Source: an uncultured delta proteobacterium
GTDB lineage: Bacteria; Desulfobacterota; Binatia; UBA9968
Direction of reading: 5' to 3'
DNA length: 64,000 nt
Assembly: GCA_963755715.1 (NCBI GenBank)
Contig: CAVWLW010000032.1
Span: 1-64,000, forward strand
Of this stretch, positions 52,797-62,606 are shown piece after piece. How positions within the stretch are numbered: the first letter of the stretch is position 1; each line of letters starts with the position of its first letter. The notes beneath the pieces are model-generated. The model saw nothing but the letters and a program-made list of their open reading frames with translations, was not told the DNA's origin and did no database searches. The position numbers and the translations under genes were made by a program.

Positions 52797-53188
52797 ACAA
52801 CCTCCCATAGCGCCACAATGATTATTCGCAGCCTCTCCCTATGCCTCAACGTACCTACGCAATGTGCTGTTCCGTGCTAATAATTTCCTACTCGCCATAC
52901 TGGTGAAGGCTAAGTCAAACGCATCGATGAGACCATTTAATTGTACTCGGCTTCATAACGTTTGGGCTATTACTTTTTTCCTCAAGGCAAAACGATAGTA
53001 GTTCTCAGGTCCTGATAAGATTGAAGCCAATTCTTAGGCGAAGCTGACTTGTCCGGTAATTTCTACCGGCAGATCGCCTCTAATTCCCTCCGCGCGCTTT
53101 TGCCCAAGTTTTCTAACTGGGCGAGATTTGGGCACTTTATGCCTGGTATGACGGTTGCTCTACTCTTGTTCCAGAGGAGGACAACATT

Positions 53189-53413
53189 ATGAGAACCATT
53201 GCAACGATACTATTGCTGGGAAGTTTAGCTCTGACCGGTTGTGAATTTGCTGCGGGAGCTGCTACCGGCGCTTTGGCGACCGGCGCCGGCTATGAAATCA
53301 ATGCGAAGCGGCAGATGGACCGGCTTGACGATGATTATCGTCATGAGCGAATTAGCCGCCGCGAATATGAACGCCGTAAAGATCAGATAGAGCGCGGCTC
53401 GATTATTTACTAA
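53189..53413 (+). CDS. Small lipoprotein
   Basis: Strong SD AGGAGG; lipobox LTGC; glycine-zipper-like segment. Confidence 0.8.
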   Translation: MRTIATILLLGSLALTGCEFAAGAATGALATGAGYEINAKRQMDRLDDDYRHERISRREYERRKDQIERGSIIY

Positions 53414-53444
53414 TATTCTAAGTCGAACTTCTGATCGGCTATTG

Positions 53445-53490
53445 TTCCAGGCGCCGTCTAACGCGATCTCGCGACAGGCGGCGCCTGGAA
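53445..53490. terminator. Strong hairpin between convergent genes
   Basis: TTCCAGGCGCCG...CGGCGCCTGGAA. Confidence 0.55.
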
Positions 53491-53575
53491 ATGCGCTTTA
53501 CAGAAGCCAGCGCGTTTTCGCCGCTTCCGTGCATCCACCGCACATATCAAAACACAAATCTGTCAGTGGCTGGCG

Positions 53576-53827
53576 TCAAGGCTGAAAAAACGAAGACGGC
53601 ACCAAAAGAACTTGCTCATAGTTTTCTAGCTTAAACTTCTTTCCTGTTTTAAGGCACAGAGCATTGTGGCCTTTAATAGCTTGCACCTGGGGTGGGACGG
53701 GGCCTGTGCCGAAGGATTCGGCAATGCTTTGCTTGCGGTCCGGGCCGTGGTCGAGATGGATTTTCATGAGAAGCGGATGCTCGCTGCCGCAATCATTGCA
53801 AAGAACGTAGACTTCGTATGCCGGCAT
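53576..53827 (-). CDS. Small hypothetical protein, possible Zn ligand set (CxxC..H..C)
   Basis: MPAYEVYVLCNDCGSEHPL..ALCLKTGK. Confidence 0.6.
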   Translation of the reverse strand: MPAYEVYVLCNDCGSEHPLLMKIHLDHGPDRKQSIAESFGTGPVPPQVQAIKGHNALCLKTGKKFKLENYEQVLLVPSSFFQP

Positions 53828-54083
53828 GATGCGCTCTTTATCGCCAATCTGGTTTAAGCTGTGAAGTGCTCTCTTGTGCACTTCTCTCGCTATCCGCCTC
53901 TTCTCTAAAACATCCGGGCTATTCTACTTTCTAAAGATTAACAAAGAAAATTGTAATCTAACAGATTATTGAAGCAATATATAAAACCGGGCCCCGAAAC
54001 AGAAGGAGGAGCGTTTTCGACACCGGCAGCATAATAGTTCGGCCTAAGTCGCTTCATGGTAAATACTTGGTTACAATCACAAC

Positions 54084-55276
54084 ATGAAACGCTCTGGCGT
54101 CGCCGACCTTCCTCTCCATGGCGGCCGCGTGCCGCAATGGCTTGCCGAACGAATGACCCAACTGGGCACGGCTATCACCGAAGCCGTCGTCCAGGATTAT
54201 GGCGCCTCGGCTTTTCTCTCGCGGCTGAGCGATCCCTTCTGGTTCCAGGCGTTGGGCGCGGTGATGGGAATGGACTGGCATTCTTCGGGCATTACCACGT
54301 CAGTCATGGGAGCCCTCAAGCGCGGGCTAACACCACGAGCAAATGAGCTTGGGCATTTATATCTGCGGCGGCCGCGGCAGGTTTTCGCGCAACACGCCGC
54401 AGGAATTGCGCTCGATCGCCGAGCGATCGAGGATTCGACGGCGAAGCCCTGGTCCGCAACAGCCGGCTCACGGCGCGCATCGACAATAATGCGATCGCCG
54501 ATGGATTTCAGATCTACCTCCATAGTTTCATTGTGACTTCGGACGGCGAGTGGGCCGTCGTGCAGCAGGGTTTGAACGATCGGAGCGGCTTGGCGCGTCG
54601 GTACCACTGGCACTCCGCCGCCGTGCGCGATTTCGTCGCCGAGCCGCACAGCGCAATCGTCGGCGAGAATCAGGGCACGATCATGAACCTCGTGGATGCT
54701 CAAGCCAAGCCCGCGCAAACCGCTTTGCTTGACATCGCGCGCGAAAATCCAGACACGACTTTAAGGGCGGCGCGCCACCTGCGCCTGCCGGGTCATCACG
54801 AAGTACGCGCGGAGAACATCGATCTCAAGCGTCTCGGCGCCGTGCTCGCCGTCGCGTACGAAAGGGATCTGCACCAGTTCGCCGAACTTCTGCTCTTGGA
54901 GAAACTCGGTCCACGCACTCTTCAGTCGCTCGCCTTAATTGCCGAAGTTGTCCACGGCGCACCGAGCCGTTTCACCGATCCCGCGCGCTTTTCATTCGCG
55001 CACGGCGGCAAGGATGGTCATCCATTTCCGGTCCCGTTGAGGACCTATGACGAATCCCTTAACTGCCTCAGAACGTCACTCGAGCTAGCCAAGCTCGGCG
55101 ACAAAGACAAACTCGAGGGCTTTCACCGCCTCGAACGATTCGTCCGGACCATCGAAACCCGCCTCCAACCCGAAGCCGACTTCGATGCGGTCATTGCCCA
55201 CGAAAAAGCGATCTCTCCCTCGCTCGACGGCCGTTCCGTCTTTGACGATAAGCCCCGACAGCTGTCACTTTTCTGA
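54084..55276 (+). CDS. DUF763 domain-containing protein (frameshifts near 54350-54440)
   Basis: ADLPLHGGRVPQWL, DPFWFQALGAVMGMDWHSSGITT, WAVVQQG, ARRYHW, SFAHGGKDGHPFPV. Confidence 0.92.
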
Positions 55277-55402
55277 TTTCAGGACGGAGGAGAGTTCGCT
55301 CAGGACAAACTCCGGCGCAGGGAGCCATGAACCGAACTGTCACAAAGGTTGGCGGTCGGTGACTTCACTTGCGAGACACAACGCTTCCGAACATCAAGCC
55401 GA

Positions 55403-56272
55403 TCAGCGAACGGTAATAAATAAAACGCCGGCAACCATGAGCACTGCGCCGAGAATGATGCGCAAATTTACCGTCTCGATTTTGCGCAGGAAGATCGCAC
55501 TGAAGAAAACGGTGAAAAGCGGCGTCGTGTTGAGCAGCGGTATGATCACGGACAGCTGACCGCGGCCGAGCGCGATGAAGTTCGCCACCTGCGCGAGCGT
55601 TGCCAATGAAGCCGCGCCGACGAAGAAAACCAGGCTGCGCCCCGGTAGGAGGAATTGGGCGGTTCGTTTGGTGGTGAATGCGAACAGCAGCAGCAAGATC
55701 AGCGACACAGTAGTCACCACCGCCACGGCGACGAATGGATCGGGGATAATTTTCAACCCTTGCTTGCGCAGGCTTTGTGAGACCGCCGAGATGAGGCCGG
55801 CGCTGATCGGCAGGAGCGCGTCGACCAAGCGCCATTTCGTATCGCCTTGCTGCCTTCCCGAGATCACCCAAAGGCTGCCGACAATCAGAACCGTGCCGAG
55901 GAAGACCCACCAACCAGGCTGTTCGTGGAAGATGGTAATTGCGATGGCGGTCGCGAAGAGCGGCTCGCTGCCGCGCAGCGGCCCGGCGCGGGCGACGCCG
56001 ATACGCGTGATGCCCTCGTAAAAAAGCGCGCGCGCAAAAAGCGGTTGCATGGAGCCGCTGATCAAATAGTAGATCATTGCCGGCGAGCGGAGAAAATCGA
56101 GCGAGGTCGTGGTGATCAAATAGCTCCACATGCAGGTGATCGACACCGTATAACTCACTAACATGGCGGCGAAGATATTCGACTGGCGCAAGCCGAAGCG
56201 GACCAAGATAGAATCTCCCGCCCAACCCATGGCGGAACCGATGGCGATAATTTCAGCGGACAGCGGCGTCAA
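55403..56272 (-). CDS. EamA/DMT family transporter
   Basis: Two EamA repeats with about 10 hydrophobic segments (PLFATAIAITIFHE; PLFTVFFSAIFL..E). Confidence 0.85.
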   Translation of the reverse strand: MTPLSAEIIAIGSAMGWAGDSILVRFGLRQSNIFAAMLVSYTVSITCMWSYLITTTSLDFLRSPAMIYYLISGSMQPLFARALFYEGITRIGVARAGPLRGSEPLFATAIAITIFHEQPGWWVFLGTVLIVGSLWVISGRQQGDTKWRLVDALLPISAGLISAVSQSLRKQGLKIIPDPFVAVAVVTTVSLILLLLFAFTTKRTAQFLLPGRSLVFFVGAASLATLAQVANFIALGRGQLSVIIPLLNTTPLFTVFFSAIFLRKIETVNLRIILGAVLMVAGVLFITVR

Positions 56273-56447
56273 GTGTCGTCTCGTTTGCGGAAGTGTCAGA
56301 TAAGCCGAGTGCGCGGGCATTTGCAAATGTGCGGCTGGAGAAAGAGCCAAATGCCGCAAACTGGATCGACATGGCTTGCGCTCTCGGCAAATACTGGCCT
56401 AAGATCGACTTCGCCGGGAACAGAAATTCTTCAGTCGAGGAGGAAAT

Positions 56448-56885
56448 ATGGAAAAGCAAGCGAAGGTCGTGCAGCTAAAGACTCAACTGGTGAAAGAGGG
56501 GCACACGCGGGAGTTGCTCGCGGAAACCGATCTGATGACCTTGAGGATCCATTGCTATGCGCCGGGGATCGGCGAAAACGCGCTGCATTCGCACACCAAG
56601 GAAGATCATATGTTCCTGGTGCTGCAGGGGACGGCGCAGTTCACCACCGGACGCGACGGCAAGATGGTCGTCACGGCGGGAAAAAATCAAGCGGTCGTGC
56701 TCCCGGCTGGTTGTTACTATCAGTTCTGCAACTCGGGCAGCGATCCACTCGTGATGGCGCGCGTCGGCGCGGGATCGGACAAGGCCGATCAACGAATCAA
56801 CCCCGACGGATCGGCGATTCCAGGAAGAACCCATGAGCAGGGCGCGGCGAAACCAGTTTTGATCGAAGGAGCTTTCTTTGAATAG
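56448..56885 (+). CDS. Cupin domain protein
   Basis: GENALHSHTKEDHMFLVLQG..LPAGCYYQFCN; SD GAGGAGG. Confidence 0.88.
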   Translation: MEKQAKVVQLKTQLVKEGHTRELLAETDLMTLRIHCYAPGIGENALHSHTKEDHMFLVLQGTAQFTTGRDGKMVVTAGKNQAVVLPAGCYYQFCNSGSDPLVMARVGAGSDKADQRINPDGSAIPGRTHEQGAAKPVLIEGAFFE

Positions 56886-56911
56886 CGTCAATGGTTCGGG
56901 CTTTCGTGGGC

Positions 56912-57350
56912 TCACCGCAGAGACGCTGAGAACCCTGAGACGGTTGTTATCAACGGACTAACCGAGAAGATTATCGGGGCAGCGATAGTGGTTCATAAAA
57001 CCCTCGGACCCGGCTTCTGGAATCGGCTTATGAAGAATGTTCGGCGTACGAGCTTTCCCTTGCCAACATTTTCTTCGAATGTCAGCTGGCACTGCCGGTA
57101 AGCGACAAGTCACTTCAGCTCGACTGCGGATATCGACTCGATTCTTAATTGAAAAGACCGTGATTTTGGAACTGAAAGCGGTGGAGACGTTACAACCGAT
57201 TCACGAGGCTCAACTTTTGACCTATCTGAAACTAGGTGGATGGCCGATCGGTTTGCTGATCAACTTCAACGTGCCTATTCTCAAGAAGGGAATCAGGCGA
57301 CTGGTAAATAATTTTTAGTAACCTCTGCGAACTCAGCGTCTCTGTGGTGA
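56912..57350. repeat. 19-bp inverted repeat enclosing the GxxExxY gene
   Basis: TCACCGCAGAGACGCTGAG (56912-56930) versus CTCAGCGTCTCTGTGGTGA (57332-57350), one mismatch. Confidence 0.8.
56940..57318 (+). pseudogene. GxxExxY (PD-(D/E)XK-like) protein, frameshifted
   Basis: LTEKIIGAAIVVHKTLGPG(L)LESAYEEC..ILELKAV..PIHEAQLLTYLKL..GLLINFNV. Confidence 0.85.
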
Positions 57351-57473
57351 AACTCCTAACAGGAAATCGCAAGTCATCGGAAACCTTTGAATAGAGGGAG
57401 GGACAAGCCCGCGCTCGTGGGGGGAGCACGGGCTTGTCGGGAGAGCTTCCCCTACGGGAAGTGGCGGAACTGC

Positions 57474-57683
57474 TTAGGCAATGTCTCTCATGTGCGTGAA
57501 AGTGTACTGCAGCTTTCTAATCTCGGCGTTGAACCAACGTTGACGTCGGCGATGGCGCGTCAGGTGCGGTTTGAGAAGCGACTGCGGGTACATCTTGGCG
57601 CCGCATTTCTCACACTTGACGGCTTCAAAGTCACTCCGAGCCAACGATATTATTTTCGATTCCTCTTGTGAACCTGGCCGCAT
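57474..57683 (-). CDS. Small hypothetical protein with a C2H2 zinc-finger-like motif
   Basis: CEKCGAKMYPQSLLKPHLTRH; SD GAGGAGG upstream. Confidence 0.6.
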   Translation of the reverse strand: MRPGSQEESKIISLARSDFEAVKCEKCGAKMYPQSLLKPHLTRHRRRQRWFNAEIRKLQYTFTHMRDIA

Positions 57684-58000
57684 GATCTTCCTCCTCGGCT
57701 GTTGCGGCTTGAAGGAGCAAGTGACATGCCAGCATCCCTAAACCCCTTTGATCATGGATTTCTGAATCTTTTTGCGCGGTAAATAGGATGGACGGCTGGC
57801 TATTGGTTTGACGTAGATGTCAGGGACGTGTCACGGGTGACAGCGGACAATCCAGCACTCACAATTACTGCCACGTCATCGGCGCAGAAGAGCGGAAATT
57901 TCAATACCCAGCAGGCTCAACTTGACAATTGCGCCAGGTGATTTTCTTGCGCGGCGCGGGCGAGTTTGGAAGAGTTGGCGACGAGGGGCGTAAAAGTTTT

Positions 58001-58286
58001 TTACAAGCCACCCGGCAAGTCGAAAAATTCGGCGGCAGTGCTGCCCAATAAATTATCGAAGTCTTGCGAGCTCAGACCGGAGCAGGTTTGACGCGCAGCG
58101 GTTTGATGTGCGCTGGCACGTACGGTGCGCGCGCCGGATAGTCGATCCGATAACGGCCCGTGGGCAAGGCGACGACGTGCGGTCCCTGCTCGGCATATTT
58201 CAGGTCCAGACCGGCAAAGGCGTCGAGGGGAGTAAAATGAGTATCGATTATCTTCTACCTCCGGTTCGAAACCAATCCACATTCAT
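58001..58286 (-). pseudogene. Collapsed amidohydrolase-like remnant (N- and C-termini joined)
   Basis: One frame gives KIIDTHFTPLDAF..; another gives the typical C-terminus SGLSSQDFDNLLGSTAAEFF. Confidence 0.5.
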
Positions 58287-58287
58287 G

Positions 58288-59265
58288 TTACCGCACGCCG
58301 ACGACTCTTCGCACCGCATCGATAATATGCTCTTTGCCGGGTACAAACTGCGCCTTCAACGCCGAGCTCGCGGGCACAGGCGCGAACGGCGCGGCGATGC
58401 GCAATATCGGGCTGTCTAGATAATAGAAAGCTTCCTGTTGAATGCGCGCGACGATTTCCGCGCCGATGCCGCCTTGCTCGACAGCTTCGTGCACGACGAT
58501 CAGCCGGCTGGTTTTTTTTACCGAGTCGACAATTGATGCCACGTCAAGCGGCGAGATGCTGCGCGGATCGATTACTTCGGCGGAAATTCCTTCATTCGCT
58601 AACTCTTCGGCCGCGGCGAGCGCCAGTGCAAGCATGCTCGACAGAGCGACTATCGTCACGTGATCGCCTTGCCGCAGAACCTTGGCTTTACCAATCGGGA
58701 CGATGTGATCGCTATCGGGAACTTGCCCTTTCGACCAATAGAGCCCGCGATGCTCGATGAAGACCACTGGGTTGTCGTCGCGAATAGCTGTCTTCAGCAA
58801 TCCTTTGGCATCGGCGGGATTGGACGGCATCACTACTTTCAAACCAGGGACATGTGCGAGCCAGGCTTCGAGGCTTTGCGAGTGATGCGCACCCATGGTG
58901 CCGCTGATGCCGCACTGGACGCGCACGGTGAGCGGAATTTTTAGCTGCCCGCCGGACATGTAATGGAGTTTCGCGGCATGGTTGACCAACTGATCCATCG
59001 CCAGGGTGATGAAGTCGATGAACATGATCTCGACAACGGGTCTGAGCCCTGCCGTTGCCGCGCCGACAGCGAGACCCATGACCGTGCCTTCGCTGATCGG
59101 CGTGTTGACCATCCGATTCGCGCCAAGCTCTTCAGCGAGTCCTTTGGTGACGCCGAAAGGGCCGCCGAGGGCGACGTCTTCGCCGAAGACGTAAACGGAT
59201 AAATCGCGGCGCATTTCCTCGGCGAGACCGGCGCGGATAGCATCAAGATAGGTTTGTTCAGGCAT
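58288..59265 (-). CDS. 2-oxoacid/acetoin dehydrogenase E1 beta subunit (pair 1)
   Basis: GEDV..GGPFGVTKGL, NTPISE, GLRPVVEIMFIDF, GAHHSQS, EVIDPRS. Confidence 0.93.
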   Translation of the reverse strand: MPEQTYLDAIRAGLAEEMRRDLSVYVFGEDVALGGPFGVTKGLAEELGANRMVNTPISEGTVMGLAVGAATAGLRPVVEIMFIDFITLAMDQLVNHAAKLHYMSGGQLKIPLTVRVQCGISGTMGAHHSQSLEAWLAHVPGLKVVMPSNPADAKGLLKTAIRDDNPVVFIEHRGLYWSKGQVPDSDHIVPIGKAKVLRQGDHVTIVALSSMLALALAAAEELANEGISAEVIDPRSISPLDVASIVDSVKKTSRLIVVHEAVEQGGIGAEIVARIQQEAFYYLDSPILRIAAPFAPVPASSALKAQFVPGKEHIIDAVRRVVGVR

Positions 59266-59319
59266 TGCGAATAAGAATTTCGGAAGGGCGCAGCATGCTA
59301 CGCCCCTACAATTCGCACG

Positions 59320-60292
59320 TTATGTCGATACTGCGTAGACTTGATCGTCGCTGTCGTCTTGCTGTGGGCCAAGGAGATGACAGCGCGAATTCGGCGGCTT
59401 TCTCGACAAGCTCGCGTGCTTCGCTTTCGATCGATTCAAGTTGCTTTGTCTGTAATCATCTTTCTTGCTTTCAGCGCACGGGCGACACGCGCGATGGGAT
59501 CTCTTCTTTTTCCATTCGGCGAGCTGCGACAACTCGCGATATTTTGCCGGGTCGCCTTCGTAGTGGCCGCGCATGCGGTGCGTCAAGCATTCGACGAAAA
59601 TCGGTCCTTTGCCGGCGCGGCATTGCTCACGGCTTTCTCATCGCTTCGCGCACGGCGAAGAGGTCGTTGCCATCGACGGTGCTGGCCGGAATCCCGTAGG
59701 TCTTCGCATGCTGCGCCAAGCGTTCAATTTTCGTGTGCGCCGACAGCGGCGTAAACTCGGCGTAGCCGTTGTTCTCACAGACGAAGATGACCGGTAACTT
59801 CCAGAGGCTGGCGATATTAAGCGACTCGTGAAACGGCCCGGCTTGACCGGCGCCGTCGCCGAAAAAAACCACGGCAACTTGATGTTTCTTCCGTTCTTTG
59901 GCCGCAAAGGCTGCGCCTAAGGCAAGCGGAATCGTGCCGCCGACAACGCCGGTGGCGGTGATGAAGCCGGTTTCTTTGGCGACGATATGCATCGAGCCGC
60001 CTTTGCCACCGCAATAGCCGGTGGCACGGCCGGCGATTTCGGCCATGAGCTTGTTGATATCGGCGCCCTTGGCGATGGCATGGCCGTGCGAGCGATGACC
60101 GCCGAAGACATAATCGTCATTCTCCAGCAAGCTGCAGACACCGACCGCGACGGCTTCTTGGCCGATGCCCAAATGCAGCAAGCCGACGATCTGACGCTCG
60201 GCGTAAAGCGCCGAGGCTTTTTCCTCGAAGGCGCGAATGAGCCACATGCGGCGCAGCAAGGCGATAAGGTCGGAAGAATTTTTTTTAGCCAT
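59320..60292 (-). CDS. 2-oxoacid/acetoin dehydrogenase E1 alpha subunit (pair 1; frameshifts near 59630 and 59500)
   Basis: HLGIGQEA, HRSHGH, GKGGSMH, FFGDGA, CENNGY, THRMRGHYEGD. Confidence 0.9.
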
Positions 60293-60375
60293 GACGTAGT
60301 AGGGTATTCAAAACGAAACCGCCGGCAATCGACATAAGCAAGTCGAATTGTGCTGCGATGAGAATCAAAGGAAGA

Positions 60376-60430
60376 AAGATTTCTCGCGGCGCCTGCCCTG
60401 AGCATTGCCGAAGGGCTCGAAATGACACGC
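60376..60430. repeat. Short intergenic palindromic repeat (CCTGAGC..CGAAGG type)
   Basis: agatttctcg...ccctgagcattgccgaagggctcgaaatgac; related motif near 22740-22770. Confidence 0.4.
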
Positions 60431-60487
60431 AAGGAGCTGAATAGCAACGCATTCTAAAAAGTAGAAAACTTGGAACTAGAAACTACC

Positions 60488-61459
60488 TCAGCGCAGCGCT
60501 GCCTTGACCGCATCCATGATGCGTGACTCCGAGGGGCCGATATGCGCTTCGAGCGGCGGGCTGTACGGCACGGGCACGTCTAACGTCGAGACGCGGCGGA
60601 TGGGCGCTTTCAATTTGTCGAAGCCGCTCTCGGCGATGCGCGCGGCAATCTCGGCGGCGACGCCACAGCTCTGATGGGTTTCGTCGGCAATGACAACTCT
60701 ATGGGTCTTTTCGATCGAGGAGAGAATCGTTGCCAAATCGAAGGGCACGAGCGTCCGCGGATCGACGACTTCCACTTCGATGCCTTCTTTTGCGAGTTTC
60801 TCGGCGGCCTGAAGACCGACTTGCACGGTATAGGACGTCGCGACCAATGTGACGTGGCTGCCTTTGCGTTTCACATCGGCAACACCGAACGGTATCGGCT
60901 TGTCGTTGTCCGGGATTTCACCGCGAATATCCAACAGCCTGGTGTGATCGACGAAGATGGTCGGGTTATCGCTGGCGACGGCGGTCTTGAGCAAGCCTTT
61001 TACGTCGCGCGGCGAAGAGGGAATTGCGATCTCCAAACCGGGAACATTCCACAGCATGGCCTGGGGACTGCCGGAGTGTTGCGCCGCGCCGCCGCCGCGC
61101 AGGCCGTGAAATAGATGAAACACCACCGGTACGCGCGTCTGACCGCCGGACATGGAAAAAGCGTTGGCCGCTTCGTTGGCGACTTGCGGCCAGGCTTCAT
61201 AGATAAAACTGCCGGTGCTGAGATCGACGACCGGCCTTAAGCCTGCCATCGCCGCGCCGGTGGCGAGACCGCAAAAGCCAAGCTCGGAGATTGGCGGCGA
61301 GATCATGCGCTCGGCGTATTTATTTTTGAGATTTTGGTAGACGTGGCGGTGCGGGCTCAGACTCAAAAAAGTCCCGTTGATCAGATGGACTCTCTCGTCC
61401 GCCGCCATGATCTCTTCCAGCGCCTCGAATTTGGCTTCGTAATAGGCAAGCTCTTTCAT
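60488..61459 (-). CDS. Divergent E1 beta subunit (pair 2)
   Basis: PPISE, GLRPVVD, AAQHSGSP, EVVDPRTLVP; lacks the usual GEDV N-terminal motif. Confidence 0.88.
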   Translation of the reverse strand: MKELAYYEAKFEALEEIMAADERVHLINGTFLSLSPHRHVYQNLKNKYAERMISPPISELGFCGLATGAAMAGLRPVVDLSTGSFIYEAWPQVANEAANAFSMSGGQTRVPVVFHLFHGLRGGGAAQHSGSPQAMLWNVPGLEIAIPSSPRDVKGLLKTAVASDNPTIFVDHTRLLDIRGEIPDNDKPIPFGVADVKRKGSHVTLVATSYTVQVGLQAAEKLAKEGIEVEVVDPRTLVPFDLATILSSIEKTHRVVIADETHQSCGVAAEIAARIAESGFDKLKAPIRRVSTLDVPVPYSPPLEAHIGPSESRIMDAVKAALR

Positions 61460-61461
61460 AA

Positions 61462-62487
61462 TCAGCTCTGCGCAAAAAAATCTTTTTCGGCTTCTTCCGG
61501 TTTTGGATAGGGACTGTTGAGCGCGAAGTCGACGGCAACGGCGATCTCGCCTTTTACTCGGCCTTCGATAGCGGCGATTTCATCGCGGCTCGCTTGTTCG
61601 GCTTCGACCAATTCACGAATGAAAATCAGCAACGGGTCGCAGGAATGATACCACTCGCGGGCTTTTTCCGGCACGCTGCTGACATCCCAGGCGAGCGAAG
61701 TGTGGGTCGGCTGCGGCACGGTGGGCCAATTGGTTTCGCTGCCGGGAAAGCGAACCGTTTGTGCTTCGATGAATTGAGGGCCTTCGCCGTCGCGGATTTT
61801 CTGCAACGCTGCGCCGATCGTCGCGTGCACGAGCCCCGCATCCATGCCGTCGATCTGCTGCGCCGGGATTTTGTAGGCTTTCGGTAAATCCGTGAGCGGA
61901 TACGCAGCCATGGAAGACGATTGCGCCGCAGCCACGGCGCGGCCGGCGCCGTATTTACCGTTGTTCTCGCAGAGAAACAGCACCGGCAGTTTATAAAGCG
62001 ATGCCAGATTGAAAGCTTCCGGCGCGGCGCCTTCTTCGAGCGAGCCGTCGCCAAACAGACAAACGGTGATGCGCCCGTTTTTCTGCGCTTTCGATGCGTA
62101 GGCCGTGCCCGTCGACAGCGGAATGATGCCGGCGACGACCCCCGAGCTGTGCAGAAAGCCGAGCGACGGCGCGACCGAATGAAACGACCCGCCTTTCCCT
62201 TTATTCAGCCCGTCGGCGCGGCCGAGAATTTCGGCAAAAAGTTTCTTCGGCTCGACGCCGCGGGCGAGCAGATGGCCATGGTTTCTGTGCGTGGTGAAGA
62301 GATAGTCGTCGGCGCGCAGGCATGAGATCGCCGGCACGCCGGTGCCTTCTTGGCCAACGTAAAGATGATAGTGTCCGCCGAACACGCCTTTGTCGTGGAG
62401 CGGCACGAGATTCTCTTCGAAGTGACGAATGACAAACATCCGCCGGCACAGATCCAACAACGCTTCACGCGGTAGTTTGGGTAACAT
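61462..62487 (-). CDS. Divergent E1 alpha subunit (pair 2)
   Basis: HLYVGQEG, HRNHGH, GKGGSFH, FGDGS, CENN; the loop reads TVRFPGS instead of TYRxxGH. Confidence 0.88.
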   Translation of the reverse strand: MLPKLPREALLDLCRRMFVIRHFEENLVPLHDKGVFGGHYHLYVGQEGTGVPAISCLRADDYLFTTHRNHGHLLARGVEPKKLFAEILGRADGLNKGKGGSFHSVAPSLGFLHSSGVVAGIIPLSTGTAYASKAQKNGRITVCLFGDGSLEEGAAPEAFNLASLYKLPVLFLCENNGKYGAGRAVAAAQSSSMAAYPLTDLPKAYKIPAQQIDGMDAGLVHATIGAALQKIRDGEGPQFIEAQTVRFPGSETNWPTVPQPTHTSLAWDVSSVPEKAREWYHSCDPLLIFIRELVEAEQASRDEIAAIEGRVKGEIAVAVDFALNSPYPKPEEAEKDFFAQS

Positions 62488-62606
62488 ATGGGTTGTGACT
62501 TATTGCAAAAGCCGGGGGCTTGTCAACGTCCGTTCGCTCGATTGACAAGGCTTCGACGGCGGGACTAAATGCCAAATAGGAAAGGCATTCGGACGGAGGC
62601 AATTCC

